Positions 1 through 16,467 of a stretch of 64,000 bases of DNA are shown here, in pieces (the stretch's first letter is position 1; each line of letters opens with the position of its first letter). The DNA is from Paraspadella gotoi (lineage: Eukaryota > Animalia > Chaetognatha): the NCBI GenBank assembly GCA_051294375.1, contig CM119265.1, forward strand, positions 25,862,767-25,926,766, given 5' to 3'. Position numbers and translations under genes: made by a program. The notes beneath the pieces are model-generated. The model made no database searches, had not been told where the DNA came from, and saw nothing but the letters and a program-made list of their open reading frames with translations.

Positions 1-1663
1 ATCGAGGCTGTGAACGACGAGCAGGCCGTAGAATCCCTATTGAAAATCTGTGACCCGTGTAGGGTCGGCCACCCAGGTCGCCCGCAGTTTCAACAGTTTT
101 TGGAATCACACCTACTGTGAGGAGTACAAAACTTGCTGGAGTAAGCGACGACGCACGACGAAACCGACGACCGACGCAAAATTCGCTGGAATGGCCGGGT
201 GACGGACGACGACGACGACGCAGAACGGATGACGTAAGAGAAATGAATGACTGAAACAAAAGAAACGGAACGACACTACAGGGACAGTGAAAAAATGTGA
301 CATTACGGAAAGAAGAATTTTTTTGAAAGAAAATCAAACGAAAAAAGATGACAAAACGACTTTCATGAAGGTGAAAAATGACAAAGATATCTATTGTTGT
401 TGACAACAGGTGGCGCAAAAGGCCGGTGGACTAGAAAAAACTAGACGGGCAGGTGGGAGCAAGTATCCTAAAAAAGATCGTTTTTTACCCAAGAAAGGAC
501 GGAATATAAGATAAGGCAACGACGACGACGATAATAAACGATGAGCGACGACAGAAAAAACTGTTTTTCGCCGTTGAATGTTTAAGTTTTCGCGCCGAGC
601 ATCGTCTGACTGAATAACCGACGCCGGTGGGCCTGCGTTAACTTCGATAGACGTCCAACTTGGGCCCGCGCCGAAAATGACTTCGTTCTTACTGATAACA
701 ATCAGTGAAGCTTTTGGGATGAAAACTCTGAAAACTTTTGCATAGTTTATCTACGCTGGACTGTACTCTTTGGAAAATATTCTGCGTTTGTTATTCTTTT
801 TCAGTTTCAGCGTTTTGTAACCATCGTTTAAGCAGAGCGACTTGTTTTAGTTTTAATAGTCTAACAAAATAAAAGTTTGTTAAGAGGCAAAGACTAAAAA
901 AAACAAAAATTAAGAACAAACACTCGTTCAAATCTGGCGTCAAAGTAATATCTCAGATTGTAAAACAGCGAGGTTTTATTTCTGGACTTTTGACTTTTAG
1001 TTTTATATTCGTGGTACTTTTTTTCTTTTCTATACTTTTTTTCTTTCTTTTTTTTTCCTTGTTTTCTGTTGTTCTTTTTGACTTTTTTCATTGAGTCTTT
1101 TTTCTTTTAAGTGTTTGGCTCGATTTTTTTCTTCTTTCTTTTCGTCTTTATGTTTAAATCTTTTCCCTTCAAATGTTACTTCTTCATGAAATTCTAATTT
1201 TAAGTGGGCTTTTTTTCATACGCTAATAGAAGAATGCGATCTTTGTCTTTTTTTGATTTGCGGCCTAACAGCTTCCGACTTTCAGTTTGAGGACACGCCT
1301 GGAAAAACACGAACTTTCTCGAGTTATAGAACAATGAGGATTCCAAATGACAACAAACAGCAAAAGAACGATAGTTTCGCCATCTTGCACCGTTTCCACA
1401 TCAATTTCTCCGCCCGTCACTCCTCCCCCTCTCTTCCACGGAGATCCAGCTCGAGTCCAGGGTTTAACGGTTTTTCAATTACGCTTTTATCCTCATCTAT
1501 TCTTCTCACGTCCCTCTCTGCCGTTTCAGGCTTCGCTGTTACCCATTTTTTTACGCCCAATTTAGGCCGCTTTACATTTAGTATTTTATTTCCAAGACCA
1601 TTTTCCCCGTCTTTAACTTACATAGATTTCAGATGAGACTTACCTCGACCCTTGAGTTAGCAG

Positions 1664-1730
1664 TGGCGCCAGATGTGGGGCTTCGAAACCACGAACCCAG
1701 GATTAAGAGTCCCTGTGCTCGGTACCGGCA
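1664..1730 (-). pseudogene. tRNA-Lys(CTT)-derived sequence with genomic CCA (tRNA retrocopy or extended primer-binding site)
   Basis: Minus strand reads gccggtaccgagcacagggactCTTaatcctgggttcgtggtttcgaagccccacatctggcgCCA. This aligns with the D-arm-to-3'-end part of metazoan tRNA-Lys(CTT); the 5' acceptor strand is missing. Confidence 0.75.
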
Positions 1731-3009
1731 ACCAGCAGATATTCAAAACGCTATAGGCCCTTAGGAATAAGCCCGTTTAGGACTACTAACTTAAGTTCAG
1801 GAAGGTAAAAAAATTAAGATTTTTTTCCTGAATTCAAAAATCACAAAACGGGAAGAATACACATTTAATTCCTCTCACAAAAGCGAAATCAATAAATGGA
1901 CCAAGAATTAAATCCGTAAATGTGGATAATTATGGAATAGATAAAACCCATCGCCATTGGATCGTTAACCGTTTAATGGAAAACTCTTTTAATTATATCT
2001 CACTTTTACACTTTTAAAAATTCGGCTTCGAAAAATTAAGTTTTTATCAGTTAATGATATACAAATTTTCAACCTATAAAAACTTTTTTAATCAGCAGAA
2101 CAGACCGAGGTCGGATCTGTTGATGAGTCGCCACAATCTAACAAAAAAATTTCGAACTTTTTTTAAATCCCCGAAACAAAGAACAAAAGACTCAAAGAAA
2201 AAGGAAATAAAATCTCTCTTCAACTTGTTAGCAAATGTCATGCGAGATGTATTCAAGACTACATGGAGAATCTCGGGGTTGGGAAATTGAGAAAAAGAGG
2301 AGGGGAGTCAGCGGGAGAGTTAAGGGAGGCGGAGGAAGAAGAGAGATGGAGAGAAGAGGAAGTTGAAATAAGGGCGGCAGAGAAATTACGCTAACTCGTG
2401 CAAACATCGTATGCCGACGAAAAAAAAAAAAATGAAAAAGAAAAAAAAAGGATAATAACCGGACGAAAAGTCGATATTACTTTCGGTTATTAAAGACTTT
2501 TTGAAAAAGAAACAAAACTTTCTTTTTCGACAAATCTTGAGGAGAAGCTGAGAAAATAAGAGAGAGAGAGAGAGGAGAGGAGAAGGAAGAAGAGAGGACG
2601 AGAGGAGAGAGAGAGAGAGAGAGTTCATTCATACGGTCATGCGAGATCGAAAGAATAAGAAAGTGCCTTCTAAAGATTAAAACTCCTTAACCCGATTTGA
2701 TTTTTTTCTTCCCTTCATTTATTCCGTCTTTTTGTGCAAATTTAATCCGATCTCCAAAAATCGAAAAAAAGAAATCTCTCCTTTTCTCCTCTTTACTCTT
2801 TCTCTCTTCATCATCTCTTCTCTCTCTCCTCTTCTACTCTCTCTCTCATCTTCTTCCCATTTTTTTTAATTTTGTCGTTTTCTGGTTATTTTATTTTCGA
2901 GATTTTTAAAATTTTATTTTCGCTTCCTGTATTTTCTTCCCAGACGCCAGCGAATCAAAGCCCCCCAGCGAAGCGACTTTCCCCCTCCTTAGATTCGCTG
3001 GAGGTCCCT

Positions 3010-3185
3010 CACCTCACTTTATAGCCCTCACCTATGCTAACCCTCTTACACCTTCATACTAAACCCCTCACCCTTGAGCTTCACACTTGCCCTAGATCTT
3101 AACCCTACCCTAAAATCTTTCCCCCTATCGACTCGCCATGCCTCATTACTCCTTGCCTTACCCTCCCTTACCTCACTCTTCACCC
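3010..3185. repeat. Degenerate (CCCTMA)n telomere-like tract (second copy ~12110-12300)
   Basis: Runs of ccctca/ccctaa/ccctag/cctca units. Confidence 0.45.
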
Positions 3186-3771
3186 AACCAGTTTTCCTTC
3201 TCACCTCAATTCATCATTTGTAATCCCGCATTGTATTTCATTGTATTTCATTGTATCCCGATTGTCGTGTATTCACTTCCCACAACCAAAACTTATCGTA
3301 TCCACAACATTCCACGTGATTTTTATTTTAATTTTATTTTTATTTATTTTATTTAACCTCTTCAGGCACCTCACGATCTCCGGGCCTTTCTTTTCCCGCA
3401 CCCATATTTCACCCATCTCTCGAATTCTTTACTCATTCCTTGTGATTCGCGACATAGTTTTAATCATTCCTACGCATAACTGATTGTGGCCACTAAGTTG
3501 AATGAATAATTTGAATACTATTAATTATAGTATAGTCTATATATATCAATATTTTAAATCGAACGCCGTCTCATCCTCAAAATCTTCACGTGAGAAATAC
3601 GATATGCTTTTCACGTCACGATCAACGCGAGAGAGAGAGAGAGAGAGGAGGAGGAGCAAAGAGAGGAGAGAAGAGAGAGAGAGAGGAGCAACGAACAAAG
3701 TTTGTTTCCAAAGATTGAAAAAAAAATTTTTGCAATTTTTTGATCTCAATGAGAGAGAGAGGAGAGAGAGA

Positions 3772-3808
<37 letters not shown>

Positions 3809-6177
3809 AGAAGAAGGAATAATCTTGCCAAATAGCTCTTCAGAGACTAAGGCTTAATAATCCACTTCATCCAACGAGCCGAAACTCCGGCCTTGGCGAA
3901 CCTTCTTACCCGAAATGCCACAGTGAGTGTGGCATACAAACGTGGCGTGAAAGCGTGGCGTAAAAGCATGGTAGAAAAAAAAAGCTCCCAACATGACGAC
4001 AAAGAGAACATTCCTTTTCTCGACCTCGTTGCTTAGCGACAAGAAACTTTTAATTGACATCTGTTGCGAATGGCGATTTTCGACGTAAGAAAAGAATGTT
4101 ATAAAATTATGTTAAAACTAGTTGCCCGTAGTTTCAGTTGTTCAAAAAGCCACTCAAAGGTCTCGTCACAAAAGCCGACGGACAAAAAAAAAATTTAAAC
4201 ATTCAGGAGTAAAAACAAATTCTAGATTTTTTCCCTTTATTCTTCCAAAACTCATTTTCAACTTTTACGAACTGTAACAAAAACTCTCTATTTCACCCGG
4301 TGAAAAAAAAACCTCTGCAAGAAATTCAGACTTTGTGAAAATCTTGAATCGAGTCGTGTTCCACTCTCACATCTCTTTTTTCTTTTTCCACCAATTGACT
4401 CTTTCCTCTTTATTTATTGTCTCTCTCTTTTCCTTCTCTTCTACTTTTTTCCCTTTCTCTTCCTTCTGTCCTTTTTGGGATTTTTCCTTCTCTCCTAACT
4501 CTTCCCTCTCCTCTGCAATCCTTCCCTCTCCTTCTTCCTCCTTCTCCGTTCCTTCCTTTGTTGTTGTTGTTGTTGTTTTTGTTGTTGTTCTGTTGTTGTT
4601 GTTGGTCTTTCTATCGGACTTCCTCATCTTTTTTTCTTCCGTTTCTCATGTACAGATTTGCGATGACTTATAAAATATAGTTACATCGTCGTCGTCGTCG
4701 TTTTTGTTGTTGGTCGCCGTCGTCAACGTCCACATCTGCTTTCTAATAACGTCGTCGTCGTCGTCATCTTCGTCGTCGTCGCGTCGCGTCGTTCGTCGTC
4801 TTTCTCTCTTTCCGGCTTTCCACTTCCCATCTCATTCCATCAAAAACCAAACGTAAAAAAAAAAGAAAACAAAAACAAAACCAATTTTCCCATCGTTTCG
4901 ATTCCCATCGATCGCCTTTCCTCTTTTTTTTTTTTCTGTTGACATTTTTACATTTTACGTTTTTTATTTTTTTTTTCGTTTATGTTTTCCAATTTCCTGA
5001 ATTGTTTGCGTTTTAACACGACGCACTTCCGTTTCGGTCTCTGTTTTAGATTTTTTGGCTCTCTCTCCTCTCTCTCTTCTCTCTCCTCTCTCTCTCTTCT
5101 CTCTCTCTCTCTCTCTCTCCTTCTCTATTCTCTCTCTCTCATCTCTCTCTCTCTCTCTCCTCTCGCCTTATTTAAATGTATTTCCTTTCTTTTTAAATTC
5201 TTTGGCTCCGTTCATTTCTTTTGACGCCCCGTGTTCGCCTCCTTTCTGCAGAACCACTGACTCTTTTTATTTTCTTTTTTCTTTTTTCTTTTATATACAT
5301 TATATATTTTTTTTTCTGTTTAACTCCTAATTTTCTGTTTTTTTTTTTATTGCTTGTTTTTTCTTCCTTTTTTGTTTATCTACTTTTGATTTTTCTTTGT
5401 TATTCTTTCTTTTCTATGAATGATTTCGGCGTTTTTATTTTCTTTTCTTTTATTTCTTTCTTTTTTTTTCTTTATGGCTTTTTTTTGGCCTTTTTTACGC
5501 TTTTAAGTCGAAATTTTCAGCGACCGTGCATTTCTTTAAAAATGACTTTTTGGCTTGACCAAGTTATTTTCTTTTAAGTCAGGTATCGTTTCGCTGAAAA
5601 TAATTATTGAATTCTAAAATTACATTTTCGATTTTTCTCTCGATTTAACAACGCCATTAAAAAAAACTCCTAAACCCAATTCTCTGGTTCTTCCTTTTTT
5701 TTCCGTACCTTTTTGTTTTTCACTTTTTTTGTTTTGAAATGGAAGAGGTCCGCAACCTGGACGCAAAGTGAAGGAAGCACCTCGTTCCAAATTTTTCGTC
5801 TTCGTACCAACAAAAAAAACGCGATTTTTTTCTTCTATTGGAAACTTAAAACTTGAACAGAAGACAAAAACGCTGATTTTTCTTATTTTTAGCTAATTTT
5901 TCGTTATTGCTTTGAGAATTATATATTTGTTTTTAAAGCCAAAAAAGCATTCGTTCGGGACCAATTGGGTGGGTTATAAACTCTAAAGTATTTAATATTA
6001 TTACTGAATTACTTACATTTAATGTAGCTTAATCTTTAATATATTTGTCATCATTAAACGTGACTTTTTGTTAAATCAACGACGGCGCATAGGAAAAGCG
6101 AAATACAAGTATTATTAAGTAAGAGATATTTTATTAATTCCTCTTAAAAAAAAAAACTCTACCTACAATTTTACAGA

Positions 6178-8830
<2,653 letters not shown>

Positions 8831-9154
8831 ACGTTAAGAGGCCAAAAATACCGCAACGATCGTTTCATCTCCATCTATCGTCGCGCAAGAACCCAAACCC
8901 GTTTTCACCTTGCGCAAAAGAAATTCCGTTGCCAAAGTCATTAATCAGAAAGCTCGACGTCGCCTCACGTGAAAGGCCAAGACGGTTTCACATTCACGTC
9001 TCGTTGAAGCACGTGGACCTTTTCTTCTTATCACGTGACCGGACGTTAACGTTCAGGTTTTTCCCGCCGTGATTAATCAACCGCGAGTCGAGAGAAAATT
9101 AGAATTTGGAGTCATTTGAAGGGAATAAATGCGAAGGCGACAGTTGACAGATCG

Positions 9155-9202
<48 letters not shown>

Positions 9203-9582
9203 AGAGATGAGAGAGAGAATGAGAAGAGGATTCCATCACGCTTTGTCCCTCCCTTCAACTCTGATCCTTATTCTCCTTCGCCTGACAAGACGATAAAAAG
9301 AAACAATGAATTCCAGTCCGTGATTTTTTTTTTTTTGGTGATCGGTGAGATTTCCGGTGAGATTGTCGTGTGTGAAATCTTTTGTGTGTGAAAGTTTTGG
9401 TAGTGTGGGACTCGCGCGATTCTTGTGATCAAGCTTTCTCTCGCGGAAATTTTGTCAATAGATGATTTACTGAATTTTTTCTATTTCTGTCTTTTCGTCT
9501 CGTTTGTCTGTCAAACAGAACCTTTGACTGAGTTTTTCACTCGGATTCACTCTGCCTGTCAACCTCGCATCTGATTAAGCGA

Positions 9583-11873
9583 TCGAGGTCTGGTGACGAG
9601 TGAAGCCGTGAATCCCTCAATCATCTGTGCATCTGTTTGAGTCGCCGGTTCGCCCGCCAGTTTTCACAGTTTTTTGGATCACAACCCATTTGACGACGAA
9701 ATCTGAAGAGAACGACACGACGCGACGACGACGACGAAAGTTCTGGAATGCCGGTTGGACGACGACGACGACAATGAGAACGACGACGAAGAGAATGATG
9801 ACCAAAAAAATAGAAAGGAACGACCAAAGGGCAGTGAAAAAATGTTGAAAAAAATCATGAAAAAATTTGAGGACATTCACGAATTGAAAAGAAAACCAAC
9901 GAAAAAGATGAACAAAACGACTTTCAATGAAGCGTAAAAATGACAAAAGAATTATGTTGATGACAACAATGACGCAAAAGGCCGGCTGACAGAAAAAAAC
10001 GAGGGCAGGTGGAAAAAAAGTCTTATCCTAAAAAAGATCCGTTTACCCAGACAAGGACGGAAAAAAGGGCAACGACGACGCACGATAATAACGACGACGA
10101 CTGAACAAGGAAACCTATTTTTCCGCGTTGATCGTTTAAAGTTTTTGCGGCATCGTCTCGCTATTAAACGACGCCTCGCCTCGTTAACTTCGTAACGTCA
10201 ACTGCCCGAAAATGACTTCGTCTACAGATAACATCAGTGAGCTTTGGGATGAACATATGAAAACTTTGCCTCGTTTACTAACGCTGGACTTACTCTTTGA
10301 TATATTTCTGCGTTTTTTACCTTTTCAGTTTCAGCGTTTGTACCATCGTTAACGAGCGACTTGTTTTAAGTTTTTAAAGTTAACCAAAATAAAAGTTTTT
10401 AAAAGAGCATGACTAAAAAAACAAAAATAAGAAAACACTTCGTCTCTAATCTTGGCGTCAAAGTTTCTCGATTTAAACGCGCAGGGTTTTTTTTGACTTT
10501 TGACTTTTTAGTTTTATATTTTGTCGTATTTTTTTCTTTTTTTCTTTTTCTTTTTTCTTTTTTTTTTTCCTTTTTTTCTTTTTTTCTTTTTTTCTTTTTC
10601 TTCTTTTTTCTTTAAGTTTTGGCTCGATTTTTTTTTTTTCTTTCTTTCTTCTTTATGTTTAAATCTTTTCCTTTCAATTTTACTTAATTCTAATTTTAGT
10701 GGTTTTATACGTATAGCGTCTTGTCTTTTTTTGATTTGCGGCCAAAAACTCCGACTTTCCCAAATTTGAGACCGCCCTGGAAAAAACTCGAACTTTCTCG
10801 AGTTATAGAAAATGAGATTCCATGACAGAGATACAAAACGCTATAGCTTTGGATAAGCTTAGGACTACTAACTTAGTTCAGAAAAAAAAATTAAGATTTT
10901 TTTCCGAATTCAAAAATCACAAACGGGAAGAATAACATTTAATTCCTCTCAAAATAGCGAAATCAATAAAATGGACCAGAATTAAATCCGTAATTGTCGG
11001 ATAATTATGCGAAAGATTAAAACCATCGCATTGGATCGTTAACCGTTTAATGGAAACTCTTTTAATTATATCTCACTTTTACTCCTTTTAAAAATTCGGG
11101 CTTCGAAAAATTAAGTTTTTATCAGTTAATGATATACAAAATTTTTCAAAACCTATAAAAACTTTTTTATCAGCAGAACAGACCGATCGATCTTTGATGA
11201 GTCGCCACATCTAAAAAAAAAAAAATTTGCTTTTTTTAAATCCCCGAAACAAAAGAACAAAAGACTCCAAAGAAAAAGGAAATAAAATCTCTCTCAACTT
11301 GTGCAAATGTCATGCGGAGATGTATTCAAGACTACAGGAGAATCTCGGGGTTGGGAAATGAGAAAAAGAGGGGGGAGTAAGCGGGAGAGTTAAGGGAGGC
11401 CGGAGGAAAGAGAGAGATGGAGAGAAGAGGAAGTTTAAATAAGGGCGGCGAGAGAAATTACGCTTAACTCGTGCCAAAATCGTAGGGACGAAAAAAAAAA
11501 AAATGAAAAAGAAAAAAAAAGGATAAAACCGACGAAAGTCGATATTTATTTCGGCGATTTTAAAGACTTTTTGAAAAAGAAAAAAAAACTTTCTTTTTTC
11601 ACAAAATCTTTGAGGGAGGGGAACATGAGAAAATAAAGAGAGAGAGAGAGAGAGAGAGGAGGAGAGGAGAGAGAGAGAGAGAGAGAGCGAGAAGAGAGAG
11701 AGAGAGAGGAGAGAGAGTTCAATTCATCGGTCATCGAGATCGAAACGATAATAAGGAACAGTCTTTAAGATTAAAAACTCCTTAACCCGATTTTGATTTT
11801 TTTCCTTCCCTTCATTTTTCGTTCTTTTTGTGCAAATTTAATCGATCTCAAATCGAAAAAAAGAAATCTCTCC

Positions 11874-11945
<72 letters not shown>

Positions 11946-12790
11946 CTCTCTCTCATCTTCTTTCCCATTTTTTTTTAATTTTTCGTTTCGGTTTATTTTA
12001 TTTTCGAATTTTTATTTTATTTTTCAGACTTCCTGTTTTTCTTTCCCAGACGCCAGCCGAATCAAACGCCCCCCCCGCGAAGACGACTCCCCCTCCTTAG
12101 ATTCGCTGAGGTCCCTCACCTCACTTTATAGCCCCTCACCTCATCTAACCCTCTTAAACCTTCATACCTAAACCCCTCACCCTTAGCTTCACCACTTGCC
12201 CCTAATCTTACCCTACCCTAAAATCTTTCCCCCTATCCGACTCGCCATGCTCTCATTACTCCCTTGCCCTTACCCTCCCTTTACCCTCACTCTTCACCAA
12301 ACCAGTTTTCCTTCTCACCTAATTCATCATTTGTATCCCGCATTGTATTCATTGTATTTCATTGTATCCCGATTGATTCCCGCATTGTATTCTCTTCCCA
12401 CAACCAAAACTTATCTTCCACAACATTCCACCGTATTTTTATTTAATTTTATTTTTTATTTTTATTTTATTTAATTCCTCTTCACGGCACCCTCACATCT
12501 CCGGGCCCTTTCTTTTCCCGCACCCATTTTCACCCATCTCTCGAATTCTTTACTCATTCCTTTGATTCCGCACAATAGTTTTAATCTTCCTCCATAACTG
12601 ATTGGGCCACTAAGTTGAATGAATAATTTGAATATCTATTATTATAGTATCAAGTCTATATATATCATATATTTTAAATCGACGCCGTCTCATCCTCAAA
12701 AATCTTCACGTGAGAAATACGATATGCTTCACGTCACGAATCAACGCGAGAGAGAGAGAGAGAGAGGATAGGAGAGAGAGCGAAGAGAAG

Positions 12791-12831
<41 letters not shown>

Positions 12832-12965
12832 ACTGAAAATCAAAGTCTGTTGGTTTTCGCCAAAAAAAAGAATTTTTTTGAAAAAAAAAATCTTTTTTTT
12901 CCTGCGAATAATTTTTTTTTTCGAATCCAAACTTCAAAACTACGAGAGAGAGAAGAGAGATTGAG

Positions 12966-13022
<57 letters not shown>

Positions 13023-13647
13023 AAGAGAGAGAGACAGAACTATCGAAGAGTTTAATTTCATAAAACACAAGTTTTTGTTTTCTTTCTTTTTTCTTATCTT
13101 ATCTAAAATCGAATGCTTTTCAAGTTGACAGTAAAACGGAAAAATTTTTCTACGATAAAAACGAAAAAAAAAGTGAACACACACGACACCGACGATATTA
13201 TTTAATTCCCCTCTTGTCAAGTCTGTCCGCTCTCACGTACTGACAATGTGAACGACCGCACCCGACAGTACAAAACGTCCGGCGATAATCGAATAAATTC
13301 GAAAACGCATTTCGTTCGTTCGAGCATCCCAAAGAATAAATTGCGTTTGTCCCCTCTTCTTTTTCGTTCCACTTTTTTGGATTTTCCAATTTTGATAAAC
13401 GACTTTTCCAGTTTTTGTGAATCACTTGGTGGAGTTAGGTATCACTTCTCTGCGTATCACTTGGCATAAATTACTGCGATTTTTTCGCATGTACGAGACT
13501 GTGTGATTTGATTGGTCTTAATTGTACTTTATCACTTTACACATGACATTTTCTTTCGTTGCAATAGTATGTTATATTTTCTCTGATTTCTTTTCTCCTA
13601 AACGTAATATCATTTGCATATTTCACTCTCCCAATGCATTAATATTT

Positions 13648-13708
<61 letters not shown>

Positions 13709-13858
13709 ACCCAAATAGCTCTTCAGAGGACTAAGGCTTAATAAATCCACTTATCCAAACGAGACCGAAACTCCGGCCTTGGGCGAACCTTCTTACCCGA
13801 AATGCCACAGTGAGTGTGGCATACAAACGTGGCGTGAAAGTCGTGGCGTAAAAGCATG
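9583..13858. repeat. Copy 2 of the duplicated segment (probable assembly duplicate or haplotype)
   Basis: Colinear with 1-3970. Lacks ~1350-1735 of copy 1, has extra sequence at ~13040-13640, and ends shortly before a 25-N gap. Confidence 0.9.
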
Positions 13859-13958
13859 TGCGCAGAACGCTAAAACACGACCCTTGTGCGGACGATGCGG
13901 CGGCTTAACTCGCTGCGCGACGCAACTTTGTCCCGGTTTATCCTAATTTCTCCCGGGG

Positions 13959-14001
<43 letters not shown>

Positions 14002-14095
14002 GGAGAGAGAGGACGGAGAGAGAGATGATCGAGAGAGAGAGACGAGAGAGAGATGTGACCGACCCTACTTACTGTTAAGCTCACTACGCGTTACG

Positions 14096-14528
14096 NNNNN
14101 NNNNNNNNNNNNNNNNNNNNTTACGCCTTTAAACTAGGGAAGCATCTCTTTTTCTATGAATCCAGTTTTGCCTTCAGAGAAAAAATAATTAATCCTAGTT
14201 TCAAGAGTGGCGAGTGGATATTTAGGGTGGTGAATGGGGTGAAAAAGAGGAGGTTGGTAGTTCGAGAGCACCAAGAGGTTTTTCTCGGAGAAATTGAGCC
14301 GATTGGGGGAAAATGAGTCGGTCGAGGAGATTTAGCCGATCGGAGGAGANNNNNNNNNNNNNNNNNNNNNNNNNNNNNNNNNNNNNNNNNNNNNNNNNNN
14401 NNNNNNNNNNNNNNNNNNNNNNNNNNNNNNNNNNNNNNNNNNNNNNNNNNNNNNNNNNNNNNNNNNNNNNNNNNNNNNNNNNNNNNNNNNNNNNNNNNNN
14501 NNNNNNNNNNNNNNNNNNNNNNNNNNNN
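14096..14528. other. Assembly gaps (25 N at 14096-14120; 179 N at 14350-14528)
   Basis: N runs. Further gaps at 16157-16166 (flanked by a ~77-bp unmerged overlap) and 26274-26298 (25 N). Confidence 0.99.
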
Positions 14529-15028
14529 AAATAAAAGGATACGAGGATCGGAAATCAGGAAAAAAAAACGAAGTAAAGAAGCAGAAGGAAAAAAAATAAG
14601 TTGGGATTTATTAGGCGATGAAATATATGACGATGATGAAGAGAAGAAAGACGGACGGACGGACGGACGGACGGAGGGACGGACTTAAAAGACATTACGG
14701 AAAAAAAAGATGAAGAAGAAAAAGAATGAAATAAAGTAAAAGATGAATATTAAAAAGTTTATGAGAACAAAGATGATTATAATTGGGGAAATAATGCAAG
14801 AAATATGAGAGGCATAGTTGAGAAAGACAAAACGATGAAGATGAAGATTAACTAGAAAAAATATTGATGTAGATGATAATGACAAGAGAGAACAAGGAAA
14901 AACATATAAAAATATTAAAGGTTAAATGTACTCTTGGAAAATTAAAATGACAAAACAAAATATGTATTTTAAAGATTAGTATTTAGATTCGCTTTATCAT
15001 TCGTAGCAGAGACTGAGTTGAAAAGTTT

Positions 15029-16467
15029 AAAGTTATTTCTCATGAACTTCAAAGAATTCTTTTAATCAAATACTAATTTCTCTAATATACAAACTACCAG
15101 AATCATGCCTCTCAAAAATAGGATAAAACTAGAAATTATAAACAAATAATATACATACGATAAATAATATTAGATTAAAATAAACACAAAAAAATACCAA
15201 AAATAAATGAAATCATAAATGTTAAATGTTTTAAAATTAAAAAAAAAAAGCTATCGATAGTTAACCAAGTAATTTTGAAATTTTCATAATGAAAGGTGGG
15301 ATGGTAAAATTGACGGCGATAAAGACGACGTAATACTAATAGTCTGAAATGAAGGGGATAACAACAACAACAACAACAACGAGAGAAAACAACATCGACG
15401 TAATTGTAAGGAAAATGGTGAAGGGGGGGGGGAAAGCGATGACGGAAAAGTCGATATAGACCGAGGAAGGAATCAAGTCTTCGATTGAATTACAATGAGT
15501 AATAAAGAAAGAAAAGGTAGCGGAGGAGGGGAAAGGAACTCGAACCAGGATATTTATAGCTCAGAGAAAGAGAGAGAGGCGAGGAAAAGAACTTTATAAA
15601 CAAAGCGAGAAGAGGTTTTACATCACAAAGAGAAAGAAGGAACTTTTTGAGGGGAAGGGGGAAGCTTCTGGAAAAAGAGAAGAGATAAACAATTATTCAC
15701 CAGACGAAAAAAAATATATATATCGGAGCCTCGATCTTCACGGGGACATCACGAAGTAGGTCGCCGCTTATTGCAACCGGGTCACGTGCGAAAACGACAG
15801 ATATCGTAGTGGGGGGGGGCGAGAGGAAGGCGGCGGCGGCGTGACGGAGGTTCGAGCGTCAGATACGAAAAATGATTTTTTCGACTTTTGATACAAAAAG
15901 CGGTTAACGCTTGCCGAGACGATTAATTCTTTTTAACTTTCGCAACGCGGAGACATCAATGATCGATTTGTTGTCTGGGGAGATCGATTCCTCTTCGCGT
16001 TTTCTGTTCGACGGAGAGCGAGAATTTAAAAAAAATGTTTCGATCCAAAAGGAAAAAAAATTGTACGAATTAAAATTTCGAGATTTATCGAGAATGAAAA
16101 GTAATATTATAAAGAAAATTAAATGATATTGGAACAACTAATATAAAAATTATCCANNNNNNNNNNCGAGATTTATCGGGAATGAAAAGTAATATTATAA
16201 AGAAAATTAAATGTTATTGGTACAACTGATATAAAAATTATCCATCCATTTAATAAATAGACTATCTTGCACCTGGGTTTTCAGGGGCATTGGTGGGTTA
16301 AGGCTTTCCTCTCTCTTACAAGATAATGAGGCGACTTACCACCGGTCTCTCTCTCTAAAGTCGCCTCAATAATAACACAGCAGTAACCCTCAATGATATT
16401 AAACTTAAAACGAGTAGCCAGTGAAAACTATCTACTTCTTGTTCCTTTTCCTCAAATTTCTACGTCA
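15029..16467. repeat. Segment X, present three times (inverted at ~18280-19583, direct at ~24651-26035)
   Basis: Same sequence from aagttatttctcatgaacttc to caaatttctacgtca in all three copies; the ORF track repeats the MPRRLILFNFR peptide. Confidence 0.92.
16327..16368. mobile_element. 42-bp TG...CA micro-element with 11-bp TIR and ATAA TSD, nested in a 160-bp element (16267-16426) flanked by ACTATC direct repeats
   Basis: ataa|TGAGGCGACTT accaccggtctctctctcta AAGTCGCCTCA|ataa. An independent relative lies at 60879-60932. Confidence 0.7.

Larger units (their letters stand above)
1..3970. repeat. Copy 1 of a ~4 kb segment duplicated in direct orientation at ~9583-13858
   Basis: Colinear with 9583-13858 throughout (e.g. 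gctcttcagag..gccacagtgagtgtggcatacaaacgtggcg at ~3836 and ~13718). Differences are mostly single-base indels, typical of uncorrected long-read error. Confidence 0.9.

Noticed and set aside
16079-16246. ~77-bp direct repeat
   Set aside because: It flanks a 10-N gap and is single-copy in the other two copies of segment X, so it is an unmerged contig overlap.
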